Of a DNA stretch of 64,000 nt, positions 1-8,994 are shown in pieces. Position 1 is the first letter of the stretch; the number at the start of each line of letters is the position of its first letter. This stretch comes from Alphaproteobacteria bacterium (GTDB lineage: Bacteria; Pseudomonadota; Alphaproteobacteria; UBA828), in contig CBDCQT010000013.1 of the NCBI GenBank assembly GCA_965220745.1, positions 864,001 through 928,000 on the forward strand, written 5' to 3'. The position numbers and the translations under genes were made by a program. Below the pieces are notes generated by a model. It was not told the origin of the DNA, ran no database searches, and saw only the letters and a program-made list of their open reading frames with translations.

Positions 1-65
1 GTGAGAGTGTCGCGACGACGCGCTTCCCCGAGATCGGACCCGGCGTCAAAGTCGAGGTGCGATGA
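1..65 (+). CDS. 3' end of a probable RND efflux periplasmic adaptor (membrane fusion protein), partial
   Basis: Frame starting at nt 3 reads ESVATTRFPEIGPGVKVEVR* and its TGA (63-65) overlaps the ATG of the RND permease (ATGA coupling). Identity is inferred from position only. Confidence 0.5.
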   Translation, partial: ESVATTRFPEIGPGVKVEVR

Positions 66-3000
66 GCCAGACCGGTCGCGGTCTGATCGCGCTGTTCACG
101 CGCCACCGTACGGCCGCCAATCTGGTGATGGTGCTGATGATCCTGTTCGGCGTGCTCGGGCTCGCGCGCATGAACACTCAGTTCTTCCCTACCTTCGCCG
201 TCGAATGGGTCTCGGTCAGCGTGACCTGGCCCGGCGCCAGCGCCGAGGACGTGGATACCAACATCGTCGCCGCCATCGAGCCGGAGGTCCGCTTCCTCGA
301 CGGGGTCAAGCGCGTCTTCGCGCAGTCCGTGGAAGGCATCGGCTCGGTCGTCGTAGAGTTCGAGCCGGGGACGAACCTCGATACGGCGCTGGCCAATGTC
401 GAGAACGCCGTGGATCGGGTCGAGACGCTGCCGGAGGACTCCGAGAGGCCGGTCGTCAACCGCCTCTACTTCTACGAGAACATAGGCAATATCGTCGTTT
501 CCGGCCCGTTCTCCGAAGCGGCGCTGCGTGCCCACGCCAAGGATATCCGGGAGCGTCTGCTTGCCGCTGGCGTCGACAAGGTCGACCTGTTCGGCAGCCG
601 GCGCGAGGAGATCTGGGTCGAGGTCGGGGAGGGGCGCCTGCGTCAGCTCGACCTCACGCTCGGCGATATCGCGTCGCGGATCGGTACGAGTTCGGCTGAC
701 CAGCCTTCCGGCATCGTTCCTGCCGGCACCAACAAGCAGATCCGAAGCCTGGGCCTTGCCAGATCGGCCGATGAGATCGGCCAGGTCGAGATCATCGCGC
801 GCGAGGACGGGGCCAAGGTCCACCTCCGCGATATCGCGACCATCAGCGAACGCTTCAACGAGCGGGATGCTGTCGCGTACAGGGCGGGCTACCCCGCCAT
901 CGAGCTCCAGGTGCGGCGGGCGAGCACGTCCGATGCGCTGGAGCAGGCGGGCATCCTCGATGACTTTCTGGGGGAGATGCGGCCGACGCTGCCCCCGACT
1001 CTGGTCGTCGAGCACTACGACAATGCGGCCGAGCTCATCGACGACCGCATCAACATGCTGCTCCGCAACGGCGCGAGCGGGCTGGCTCTGGTGGTGCTGG
1101 TGCTGTTCATCTTCCTGAGCACGCGGGTCGCCTTCTGGGTCACGGTCGGCATTCCCGTCTCGCTGCTCGCCACCCTCGGCGTGATGATGCTGACCGGCCA
1201 GACGATCAACATGGTGAGCCTGTTCGCGCTCATCATGGCCATCGGCATCATCGTGGACGACGCCATCGTGGTCGGCGAGCATGCCGTGACCCAGCGCGCG
1301 GCGGGCGCCGGCCCGGCCGACGCGGCGGAACTCGGCGCGCGACGAATGCTGGCGCCGGTGATGGCGGCAACGCTGACAAGCGTCGCCGCCTTCCTGCCGC
1401 TCTTCATGGTGTCGGGCCAGATCGGTGAGATCATCGGGGCCATTCCCCTGGTGATCGTGGCCGTGCTCGTCGCGAGCCTGATCGAGTGCTTCCTGGTGTT
1501 GCCGGGCCATCTGCGGATCGGTCTGAAGACCGATCCAAGGGGGGAAAACAGGTTTGCCCGATGGTTCAACCCGCGCTTCGAGGCGTTCCGCGACGGTCTG
1601 TTCGCCCGCGTCGTGCGGGCCTGCGTCGCCTGGCGCTACCTCACCGTCGCCGTCGCGATCGGCCTGCTGCTGCTGTTCATAGGGCTGATCGGGGGCGGGC
1701 GTATCTCATTCGTTTTCTTCCCCTCGCCCGAAGCGGACTCTGTGGTCGCCAACGTCACCTTCGTCGAGGGCACCAAGCGGGAGACCACGGCCGCCATGGT
1801 GGACGAGCTCGGGCGGGCGCTGGACGAAGCCGAGCGCGCGCTGACAGAGGGCGCCGGCGGCCTCGTGGTCATGAGCCTCGGCCAGGTCGGCAAGCCGGCG
1901 TCCCGTCCCAACACGTTCTTCCTCGGCACCGGCGACCACGTGGGCGCCATGCGGGTCGAGCTGCAGCCATCGGATCGGCGCACCATCCGCACGCAGGCGC
2001 TGATCGAGGAATGGCGCAAGCGGGTGCGCCCGCTGCCGGGGCTGGAGACCATGACGATCCTCGAGCGTGCAGCCGGGCCACCCGGCCGCGAGATCGACAT
2101 TCGGATCGCAGGCGACGACGTGCAGGCGCTCAAGGCGGCGGCAGGCGAGGTGAGCGTGCTGCTCGGCCGTTTCCCCGGTGTGAGCGACATCGAGGACAAC
2201 ACCCCCTACGGCAAGCAGGAGGCGATCCTTACCGTCAATGCGCGCGGCCGCGCCCTCGGCTTCACCACGGAGAGCGCCGCGCGCCAGGTGCGCGCCGCCT
2301 TCGAGGGCGTGATCGCGAGGCGCTTCGCGCGAGGTGACGAAGAGGTCGCGATCCGTGTCCGCCTGCCGCACGAAGCCCTCACCGAAGGCGATCTCCGGCG
2401 CTTCTATCTGCGGAGCCCTGCGGGCGTCGAAGTGCCGCTCGCCGAAGTGGTCGACTTCGACGAGGCAACTGGGTTCGCGAGCATCCGCCGCGAGGACGGC
2501 CAGCGCATGATCGCCGTCACGGCGGAGATCGACGAATCGACAACCAACACCGACGAGGTCTTGGACGCGCTCCAGGTCGAGGGACTGCCGGAGCTCTCGC
2601 AGAAGTACGGCGTCGGCGTCCTGCTGCGCGGCAAGGCCGAGGAACAGGCGACGACCATGGGCGACATGATGACCGGCGCCGTGGTCGCCTTGGTTGCGAT
2701 TTATCTCATTCTAGCCTGGGTGTTCTCCAGCTACTCGCGGCCGATCTTCGTCATGGCCGTGATTCCCTTCGGTGCAGTTGGCGCCGTCTTCGGCCATTTC
2801 GTTCTGGGCTACGACCTCACTGTTCTGAGCATGATGGCGCTGCTCGGGCTGAGCGGCATCGTGGTCAACGATTCGATCATCCTCGTGCGCGCGATCCAGG
2901 AGCGTCTCAACACCGGCGAACCGCTGATGGAGGCCCTGGTCGGCGGCGCGCGGGATCGTCTGCGTGCCGTCATTCTGACCTCCGTGACCACGATCTTCGG

Positions 3001-3235
3001 CCTCACGCCCTTGCTCTTCGAGACCAGCCTTCAGGCGCAGTTCCTGAAGCCCATGGCGGTCACCATCGTCTTCGGCCTGCTCGGCGTGACCCTGATCGTG
3101 CTGATCCTGGTGCCGTGCCTGCTCGCCATTCAGGGCGACATCGCCGCTCTCTTCGGCCGCCCGCCGGCCGGGGATGAGGAGGCCGTCGAGGACGATCCGT
3201 CGCCGGCTCTCAGGCTTCGCGAAAGCGACGGTTGA
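62..3235 (+). CDS. RND efflux transporter permease (AcrB/AcrD/AcrF family)
   Basis: 1057 aa, two hydrophobic TM clusters separated by large periplasmic loops, GIIVDDAIVVGE and RLRAVILTS motifs. Confidence 0.95.
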   Translation: MSQTGRGLIALFTRHRTAANLVMVLMILFGVLGLARMNTQFFPTFAVEWVSVSVTWPGASAEDVDTNIVAAIEPEVRFLDGVKRVFAQSVEGIGSVVVEFEPGTNLDTALANVENAVDRVETLPEDSERPVVNRLYFYENIGNIVVSGPFSEAALRAHAKDIRERLLAAGVDKVDLFGSRREEIWVEVGEGRLRQLDLTLGDIASRIGTSSADQPSGIVPAGTNKQIRSLGLARSADEIGQVEIIAREDGAKVHLRDIATISERFNERDAVAYRAGYPAIELQVRRASTSDALEQAGILDDFLGEMRPTLPPTLVVEHYDNAAELIDDRINMLLRNGASGLALVVLVLFIFLSTRVAFWVTVGIPVSLLATLGVMMLTGQTINMVSLFALIMAIGIIVDDAIVVGEHAVTQRAAGAGPADAAELGARRMLAPVMAATLTSVAAFLPLFMVSGQIGEIIGAIPLVIVAVLVASLIECFLVLPGHLRIGLKTDPRGENRFARWFNPRFEAFRDGLFARVVRACVAWRYLTVAVAIGLLLLFIGLIGGGRISFVFFPSPEADSVVANVTFVEGTKRETTAAMVDELGRALDEAERALTEGAGGLVVMSLGQVGKPASRPNTFFLGTGDHVGAMRVELQPSDRRTIRTQALIEEWRKRVRPLPGLETMTILERAAGPPGREIDIRIAGDDVQALKAAAGEVSVLLGRFPGVSDIEDNTPYGKQEAILTVNARGRALGFTTESAARQVRAAFEGVIARRFARGDEEVAIRVRLPHEALTEGDLRRFYLRSPAGVEVPLAEVVDFDEATGFASIRREDGQRMIAVTAEIDESTTNTDEVLDALQVEGLPELSQKYGVGVLLRGKAEEQATTMGDMMTGAVVALVAIYLILAWVFSSYSRPIFVMAVIPFGAVGAVFGHFVLGYDLTVLSMMALLGLSGIVVNDSIILVRAIQERLNTGEPLMEALVGGARDRLRAVILTSVTTIFGLTPLLFETSLQAQFLKPMAVTIVFGLLGVTLIVLILVPCLLAIQGDIAALFGRPPAGDEEAVEDDPSPALRLRESDG

Positions 3236-3326
3236 TCGCAGCGCACGCGGCCACTACACAGCGCCCTAGCCGCAGCCCGGCTCCCTAATAGGTCGGGCGA
3301 GGCGAAGAGAGCGAGGAGGAGTGGGC

Positions 3327-4544
3327 GTGAACGGCATTCTCAAAGGCCTGCGCGTTGTCGAAGGCTCGGCCTTCGTCGCCGCTCCGCTCGGCGGCATGAC
3401 GCTCGCCCAGATGGGCGCGGACGTGATCCGCTTCGACCCGCTCACGGGCGGCCTGGACTACCGGCGCTGGCCGGTTACGCCCGAGAACGAGAGCATCTAC
3501 TGGGCCGGCATGAACAAGGGCAAGCGCTCCTTCGCGGTCAACCTGCGCGAGGCGGAGGGGCGCGAGCTGGTGGCGGCCCTCATCACCGCGCCGGGGCCGG
3601 AGGCGGGCATCTTTCTGACCAATCTGCAGGTCGGAGACTGGCTCTCTTACGAGACGCTGAGCGCCCGGCGCGAAGACCTCATCATGCTCCGCATCATCGG
3701 CAACCCGGACGGCACGGTCGCGGTCGACTACACCGTGAACGCCCGCATGGGCTGGCCGTTCGTGACCGGACCGGCGGACCTGGACGAGCCGGTCAACAAC
3801 GTGCTGCCGGGTTGGGACCTGACCTGCGGGCTTACCGCCACCATCGGCCTGCTCGCGGCCGAGCGACACCGCAGCCGCACCGGCGAGGGGCAGGAGGTGC
3901 GGCTCAGCCTCGCCGATGTCGCCTATCACATCACCGGCTCGCTCGGTTACATCGGCGATGTCGAGATCAACGGCGCCGAGCGGCCGCGCATCGGCAACGA
4001 CATGTACGGCACCTTCGGCGGCGATTTTGCCACCCTCGACGGCCGCCGGGTCATGCTGGTGGTGGTGACGCCGCGCCACGTCAAGGCGCTGGGGCAGGCA
4101 GCCGGGCTCACGGAGACCTTCGCCGCCATCGAGGCGGAGCACGGTGTCAATCTTGCCGACGAGGCCGACCGCTGGGAGGTGCGAGAGCAGCTTCGCGCCG
4201 CGCTCGAGCCGTGGTTCGCCTCACTGAGCCTGGAGGAGGTGGGCGCCCGGCTCACCGAGGTCGGCGTGCTCTGGGGGCCGTTTCGCACCCATACCCAGAT
4301 GGTGGAGGAAGACCCCTTCTGCTCGACCGCCAATCCGCTGTTTCAGCGGATCGATCAGCCGGGGATCGGGCCTGTGCTGACGCCGGGCTCGCCGCTGGAC
4401 TTCGCCGCGTCTCCCCGAGGTGAGGTCGCGCCGGGGCCGCAGCTCGGCCAGCACACCGACGAGATTCTGGCGGGGGTGCTGGGCCTCAGCGACGGTGCCA
4501 TCGGCGCACTACACGATCGCGGTATCGTCGGCGCGCCTAGCTGA
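3327..4544 (+). CDS. mct: Family III (CaiB/BaiF) CoA transferase, mesaconyl-CoA C1-C4 transferase / 2-methylfumaryl-CoA isomerase-like
   Basis: GILKGLRVVEGSAFVAAPLGGMTLAQMGADVIRFDP..GGLDYRRWP N-terminus and VLPGWD catalytic Asp match the Chloroflexus Mct sequence as recalled. GTG start chosen after the GAGGAG RBS (3321 is an alternative). Confidence 0.8.
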   Translation: MNGILKGLRVVEGSAFVAAPLGGMTLAQMGADVIRFDPLTGGLDYRRWPVTPENESIYWAGMNKGKRSFAVNLREAEGRELVAALITAPGPEAGIFLTNLQVGDWLSYETLSARREDLIMLRIIGNPDGTVAVDYTVNARMGWPFVTGPADLDEPVNNVLPGWDLTCGLTATIGLLAAERHRSRTGEGQEVRLSLADVAYHITGSLGYIGDVEINGAERPRIGNDMYGTFGGDFATLDGRRVMLVVVTPRHVKALGQAAGLTETFAAIEAEHGVNLADEADRWEVREQLRAALEPWFASLSLEEVGARLTEVGVLWGPFRTHTQMVEEDPFCSTANPLFQRIDQPGIGPVLTPGSPLDFAASPRGEVAPGPQLGQHTDEILAGVLGLSDGAIGALHDRGIVGAPS

Positions 4545-4552
4545 CGCAGGGC

Positions 4553-5095
4553 TCAGGCGCCCTCGACCAGAACTGCCTCTCCCTCCAGCCGGCTGGCGTC
4601 CGCCGACTCGCGCCAGGCCTCCGCCGCAGCGCGGTCGTCGAATTCGAGCACCGTCATGCGCCCGTCGGGCCAGGTACCTTCCTTGACCGTTGGCGCTCGG
4701 CCGCTCGACAGCACCCGACCGCCATGGGTGGCGACGCTACGGGTATCGATGTCGGACTCGCCGCTCGCTCCACGGAGGATCAGGTAGTGGCCGCCACCCT
4801 GTGCAGCGTCACCGCCTTCGAGATGGACCATGTGGCCGGTCGATGCGCGCTGTCGAATCGCGCGCGCCTCGACGTAGGCGGGCGAATCGTACCAGGCCGC
4901 GGCGCGAGCCGGACTGTCGAACTCCAGCAGCACCAGCCGCCCCGGTTGCCAGCCGCCGGCGATCACCTCGTGCCCACCACCCCTGACCAAGAAGCGCCCC
5001 TCGAACGCCGCGATCGAGCCCGGCGTCAGCGCCCGGTAGTCGGCATAGGTCTCCGGATCGGTCACGGTCACATCGGCGATCACATAGCCTGGCAT
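4553..5095 (-). CDS. DUF1330-family protein with tandem domain duplication
   Basis: C-terminal 180 aa of ORF 4553..6367: MPGYVIADVTVTDPETYADYR...GRFLVRGG...LLEFDS...AWYDSPAY, followed by a second degenerate copy (GGRVLSSG...VLEFDD...AW). Confidence 0.8.
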   Translation of the reverse strand: MPGYVIADVTVTDPETYADYRALTPGSIAAFEGRFLVRGGGHEVIAGGWQPGRLVLLEFDSPARAAAWYDSPAYVEARAIRQRASTGHMVHLEGGDAAQGGGHYLILRGASGESDIDTRSVATHGGRVLSSGRAPTVKEGTWPDGRMTVLEFDDRAAAEAWRESADASRLEGEAVLVEGA

Positions 5096-5106
5096 GTCGG
5101 GCGTCC

Positions 5107-7359
5107 TCAGAAAGGCTCGGGGTCTGCGAAGCGGCGGAGCACGTTGGTCGTGAGCTTCGCGATGTTGTTGTCGTACCCGTTCCACGGCAGGCTCGCGGGA
5201 TAGCAGATCGAGCCGACCGAGAAGACTGCGCCGCCGTTGGGCGTCTCGTAGAACACCATGTCGGCCTTGACCTTCTCGTGCTCGGTGCCGCCCAGGCCGG
5301 CATGGTTCACCAGCACCTCCTCGTTCACCACGAGGTAGAGGTCGGTGTGGTCCTCCGAGCGCGCGAGGACCAGCGCGTGCGGGGGCGTGCCGAGGCGGGG
5401 ATCGGTGGCGTCGAGCTCGTTGCCGGCCGCGCCCTCGCCGTGATAGCCGAAGTCGCCGAGCAGCTCGTCCTCGCCGATCCCCTCGAAGATGAACTGCGCG
5501 CGGGGGTCGAAGCTCCCCGGCATGCGCCGGTAGTAGGAGGACTTGTCGAAGCCCTCGGCGACGAAGCCGACGCCGGCCAGCCGCTGGGGCGCGAAGTCCC
5601 CCTGATGGCGCCAGATGCCGCCGTATTCGCCTGTGAAGCTGTGGTAGTACTCGCCGGGATCCCCCTCCCAGGTGCGGATCGCAGCCTCGCAGCGGCGCAC
5701 CTCGATCACGCCCGGCAGCTCCTTGTGCATGGCGACGCGCCAGTAGAAGCCGTTGCCGCCGAGATACATCAGCCGGCCGCCCTGCTGGGTGAAGCCGTGG
5801 ACGGCGTCCCGCATGGCCTTGGAGTAGTACTCCGGGTGGCCGCCGGTGATCAGCACGTTGTAGGGCTTGAGCAGGTCGATGCCCTCGCGGTCGACGTCCT
5901 CGTCGGTGATGACGTCGTGCTCCATGCCGAAGTGGGTGAGCCAGTCCACCACGTACATGTCGAGGATGAACTCGCGCGCGTTGGTGGAGTCCTCGCCGGC
6001 GCAGGCCCAGGGCGTCTCCGCCTTGGGCCGCATGTTGAGGATCGGGCGCAGCCGAGACGAATAGCAGACGCCGCTGCCGTCCGAATGGGTGTCGTAGAGC
6101 GAGGAGCCGTATTCGCGATGCTCGTTGAGGAAGAGCTGCTGCGCGTTGAGCGTGGGCAGCTGGCCGGTGAGCAACTCGCCGAGCGGGCCGTCGAAGGCCA
6201 GGTGCTCGTTGGCATAGGCCATGTACTCGACCGTCGGCAGCAGGAAGGCGATGCGCGCCGCTCGCCCCGGCGCCGGCAACACCACGAAGGGCACGTATTC
6301 CTCGGCTCCCTTGGCCCGGAGCCGCGCGGCGTAGACTCCGCTCGCCATGCGCGCCGGCACGGTCCATTCGAAGTCCACCTCCCAGCCGGCGTCGTAGAGA
6401 TCGTCGTCGTGGAAGTGGATGGCGCCGTACTCATGCCGAGCGTGGCGCCAGCACATCTCCTCGCCCGAGAAATTCCACCCGGTCATGCCGCGCGCGGGCA
6501 GGTTGACGATCTCGCCGTGGCAATGGTTGGAGGAGCGGTCGGAAATCCTGATCGACGTGATGTCGCGCGAGAAATCCCAGGCGCAGAGGATGTCGGGCGC
6601 GAGCCCGGCCGGGACCGCCTCGTTCTTCATGCGCTCGATCTCCAGCCGATCCAAGGCGCGGCCGACTAGCCGGGGTGAATCGATCTTGCCGTTGTAGAGG
6701 CCGTCCACCAGCGCGCGGCCCTTCTGGCGCCGCTTGAAGATGCCGGCCATGACGATGGGCGCGCCGTTGCCGGGGGATGCTGCACCGGCCTTGCGCGTCT
6801 TCGTGCCGCCGTCGTCGACGCGGGCGTAGGGCAGGAGCGGCTCCTGATACACCGTGACCCGGCCGGACTCGGCATCGTAGCTGGCGGCGGCGAGGTACCA
6901 GTGGCGCTCCAGCAGCGGCTTGCCGACCGAGACCTTTTCCACCGTGCCGTCCGCCATGCCGAGCTGGAGCGCGACGGAGCCCGCATCGTCGATAACGAGG
7001 GCGAAGCCGGTCTTGCCACGCGGGTCCCACTTGGTGACGAGGCCTTGCTCGCCCTTGCCGGGCGTGGTCGGCCAGATCATGGCCTGAACGGTGAAGCTGC
7101 CGAGCGTCTCCAACAGCAGCCGGCTCTCCACCAGGGCGTAGGAGCCCGCGTGGATGACCTGCCGGCGCCCCTTGTGGCGCTTGCTCACCGGGGTGCGGAT
7201 CGGCTTCTCCTTGAAGCCGGGCCCGGCGGGCGTGTCGTCCGCGCAGATCAGGCGCACGATGTCCGCTTGGTAGGTGGGATGCTCGCAGTTCACATGGAAC
7301 TTGATGGTCTCGCCCGGCCGGACGCTGATCCGGTCGGGATAGCCGGTGATCGTCAGCAT
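5107..7359 (-). CDS. dmfA2: N,N-dimethylformamidase large (beta) subunit family protein
   Basis: 750 aa; GYPDRISVRPGETIKF N-terminus, LamG-like domain, YMAYANEH, SLYDTHSDGSG, GGHPEYYS and LMYLGGNGFYW motifs. Confidence 0.85.
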   Translation of the reverse strand: MLTITGYPDRISVRPGETIKFHVNCEHPTYQADIVRLICADDTPAGPGFKEKPIRTPVSKRHKGRRQVIHAGSYALVESRLLLETLGSFTVQAMIWPTTPGKGEQGLVTKWDPRGKTGFALVIDDAGSVALQLGMADGTVEKVSVGKPLLERHWYLAAASYDAESGRVTVYQEPLLPYARVDDGGTKTRKAGAASPGNGAPIVMAGIFKRRQKGRALVDGLYNGKIDSPRLVGRALDRLEIERMKNEAVPAGLAPDILCAWDFSRDITSIRISDRSSNHCHGEIVNLPARGMTGWNFSGEEMCWRHARHEYGAIHFHDDDLYDAGWEVDFEWTVPARMASGVYAARLRAKGAEEYVPFVVLPAPGRAARIAFLLPTVEYMAYANEHLAFDGPLGELLTGQLPTLNAQQLFLNEHREYGSSLYDTHSDGSGVCYSSRLRPILNMRPKAETPWACAGEDSTNAREFILDMYVVDWLTHFGMEHDVITDEDVDREGIDLLKPYNVLITGGHPEYYSKAMRDAVHGFTQQGGRLMYLGGNGFYWRVAMHKELPGVIEVRRCEAAIRTWEGDPGEYYHSFTGEYGGIWRHQGDFAPQRLAGVGFVAEGFDKSSYYRRMPGSFDPRAQFIFEGIGEDELLGDFGYHGEGAAGNELDATDPRLGTPPHALVLARSEDHTDLYLVVNEEVLVNHAGLGGTEHEKVKADMVFYETPNGGAVFSVGSICYPASLPWNGYDNNIAKLTTNVLRRFADPEPF

Positions 7360-7536
7360 GCCGCGCCTCCGCGCTGCGCCATCCTCATGCCGCGAGCATA
7401 GTCAGCAGCCCGGCGGCGAACAACTCGACCCGACGCGTTCACGCTGCGGTCCCGGTGCAACCTCGAGCGGGATGTGCAATATGGGCGCGCGGTCGGGGAG
7501 GGCCCTGCCGCCCCGACCGGAGTGAGGGAGCGAACG

Positions 7537-8160
7537 ATGGCGACACTGATTATTCATGGCATACCGCTGAGCACCTATGTCCGCACCTGCCGCATGGCGT
7601 GCAGGGAGAAGGGGGTGCCCTACGAGCTCGATCCCGTCATGCCCCAGTCGCCGGAGCAGCTGGCGATGCAGCCCTGGGGCTCGGTGCCGGCCATGACCCA
7701 CGGCGATGTGCGCATGTACGAATCGGTCGCGATCTGCAACTACATCGACAACGCGTTCGACGGGCCGCCCCTGCAGCCCGCCGACCCGCTCGCCAACGCA
7801 CGCTGCTGGCAGTGGACGTCGGTCTTCATCCAGTATCTCTACCGGCCGGCGATCGACATCGTGCTGCAGCGCCTGATCGTGCCCGCGCAGGGCGGCGAGC
7901 CCGACGAGGCATTGGTCGAGAGCAGCGTGCCCAAGTCCGACAAGGCGCTCGTCGCGCTCGACGGAGCACTGGAAGGCAATGCCTGCTTCGCCGGCGACGA
8001 AGCATCCGTCGCCGACTACATGGTGCTGCCCGTGCTGCACTATCTGAAGATGACGCCGGAGGGAGAAGGCCTGCTTGCGCCCCGCGCCAACATCGCCCGC
8101 TGGCACGCCGCCATCGACGAGCGCGAGAGCGCGGTCGCAACGGTGCCCGAGTTCGGTTGA
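7537..8160 (+). CDS. Glutathione S-transferase family protein
   Basis: STYVR, PWGSVP, YESVAI and SVADY motifs; ATG after GAGGGAG RBS. Confidence 0.9.
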   Translation: MATLIIHGIPLSTYVRTCRMACREKGVPYELDPVMPQSPEQLAMQPWGSVPAMTHGDVRMYESVAICNYIDNAFDGPPLQPADPLANARCWQWTSVFIQYLYRPAIDIVLQRLIVPAQGGEPDEALVESSVPKSDKALVALDGALEGNACFAGDEASVADYMVLPVLHYLKMTPEGEGLLAPRANIARWHAAIDERESAVATVPEFG

Positions 8161-8176
8161 TAGAGCGGCGCTTCGA

Positions 8177-8866
8177 TCAGCCTGAGAAGGCGTAGCCCGC
8201 CGAGCGCACGGTCCGGATCACGTCGTCCTCGCCGTCGCGGTTAAGCGCCTGGCGCAGACGGCGAACGTGCACGTCCACGGTGCGTTGCTCAATGTGCACC
8301 GCGCGCCCCCACACCGCCTCGAGCAGATGGTCGCGGGAGAGCACCCGGCCGGGATGCTCCATGAAGTGACGCAGCAGGCGGTATTCGGTCGGCCCCAGGT
8401 GAATCGAGCGTCCGTTGCGGCTGACGCGGTGGCTGGCAAGGTCCATCGCGATGTCGCCGCTGGCGAGTGATTGGGCCGCGCTCGTCGGCGCAGCCCGGCG
8501 CAGCACCGCGCCAATGCGTGCAATGAGTTCCGAAATTGCGAACGGCTTGACCACGTAGTCGTCGGCACCGCAGTCGAGGCCGCGGACGCGGTCGCTTTCC
8601 TCGCCGCGTGCGGTGAGCAGGATGACCGGCAGGCTGTGAGTCTCCGGATCGCGCCGGATCTTGCGACAAATCTCGATTCCGGAGACGCCGGGCAGCATCC
8701 AGTCGAGCAGTACCAGATCGGGCTTTATCGAAGCGATCGTGCCTATCGCGTCGCCGCCGTTCTCGATCGAAGCGACGCGGAACCGGTGATTCTCAAGATT
8801 GTAACGGAGCAGGGTCGTCAGCGAGGTTTCGTCTTCGATCACGAGGATGAGCGGGCTATCCGTCAT
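8177..8866 (-). CDS. phoB: Phosphate regulon response regulator PhoB
   Basis: LLRYNLE, LLDWMLPGVSG, LTARGEESDRVRGLD, HLGPTEYRLL, RTVDVHVRRLR; adjacent to pstS. Confidence 0.9.
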   Translation of the reverse strand: MTDSPLILVIEDETSLTTLLRYNLENHRFRVASIENGGDAIGTIASIKPDLVLLDWMLPGVSGIEICRKIRRDPETHSLPVILLTARGEESDRVRGLDCGADDYVVKPFAISELIARIGAVLRRAAPTSAAQSLASGDIAMDLASHRVSRNGRSIHLGPTEYRLLRHFMEHPGRVLSRDHLLEAVWGRAVHIEQRTVDVHVRRLRQALNRDGEDDVIRTVRSAGYAFSG

Positions 8867-8922
8867 CGCGCATGCTCCTGTCGCTCTCCCTGCGGTTGGC
8901 TATTGTCTTGCGGCGCTGTTTG

Positions 8923-8958
8923 AAAACGGCGCCCGCTCCCGGTGAGGAACGGGCGCCG
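8923..8958 (-). terminator. Probable intrinsic terminator between pstS and phoB
   Basis: Minus strand CGGCGCCCGTTCC-tcacc-GGGAGCGGGCGCCG followed by TTTT. Confidence 0.55.
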
Positions 8959-8994
8959 CCGTAGCATGATTTCAGGGTCTTGTGGTGAGCCCTG

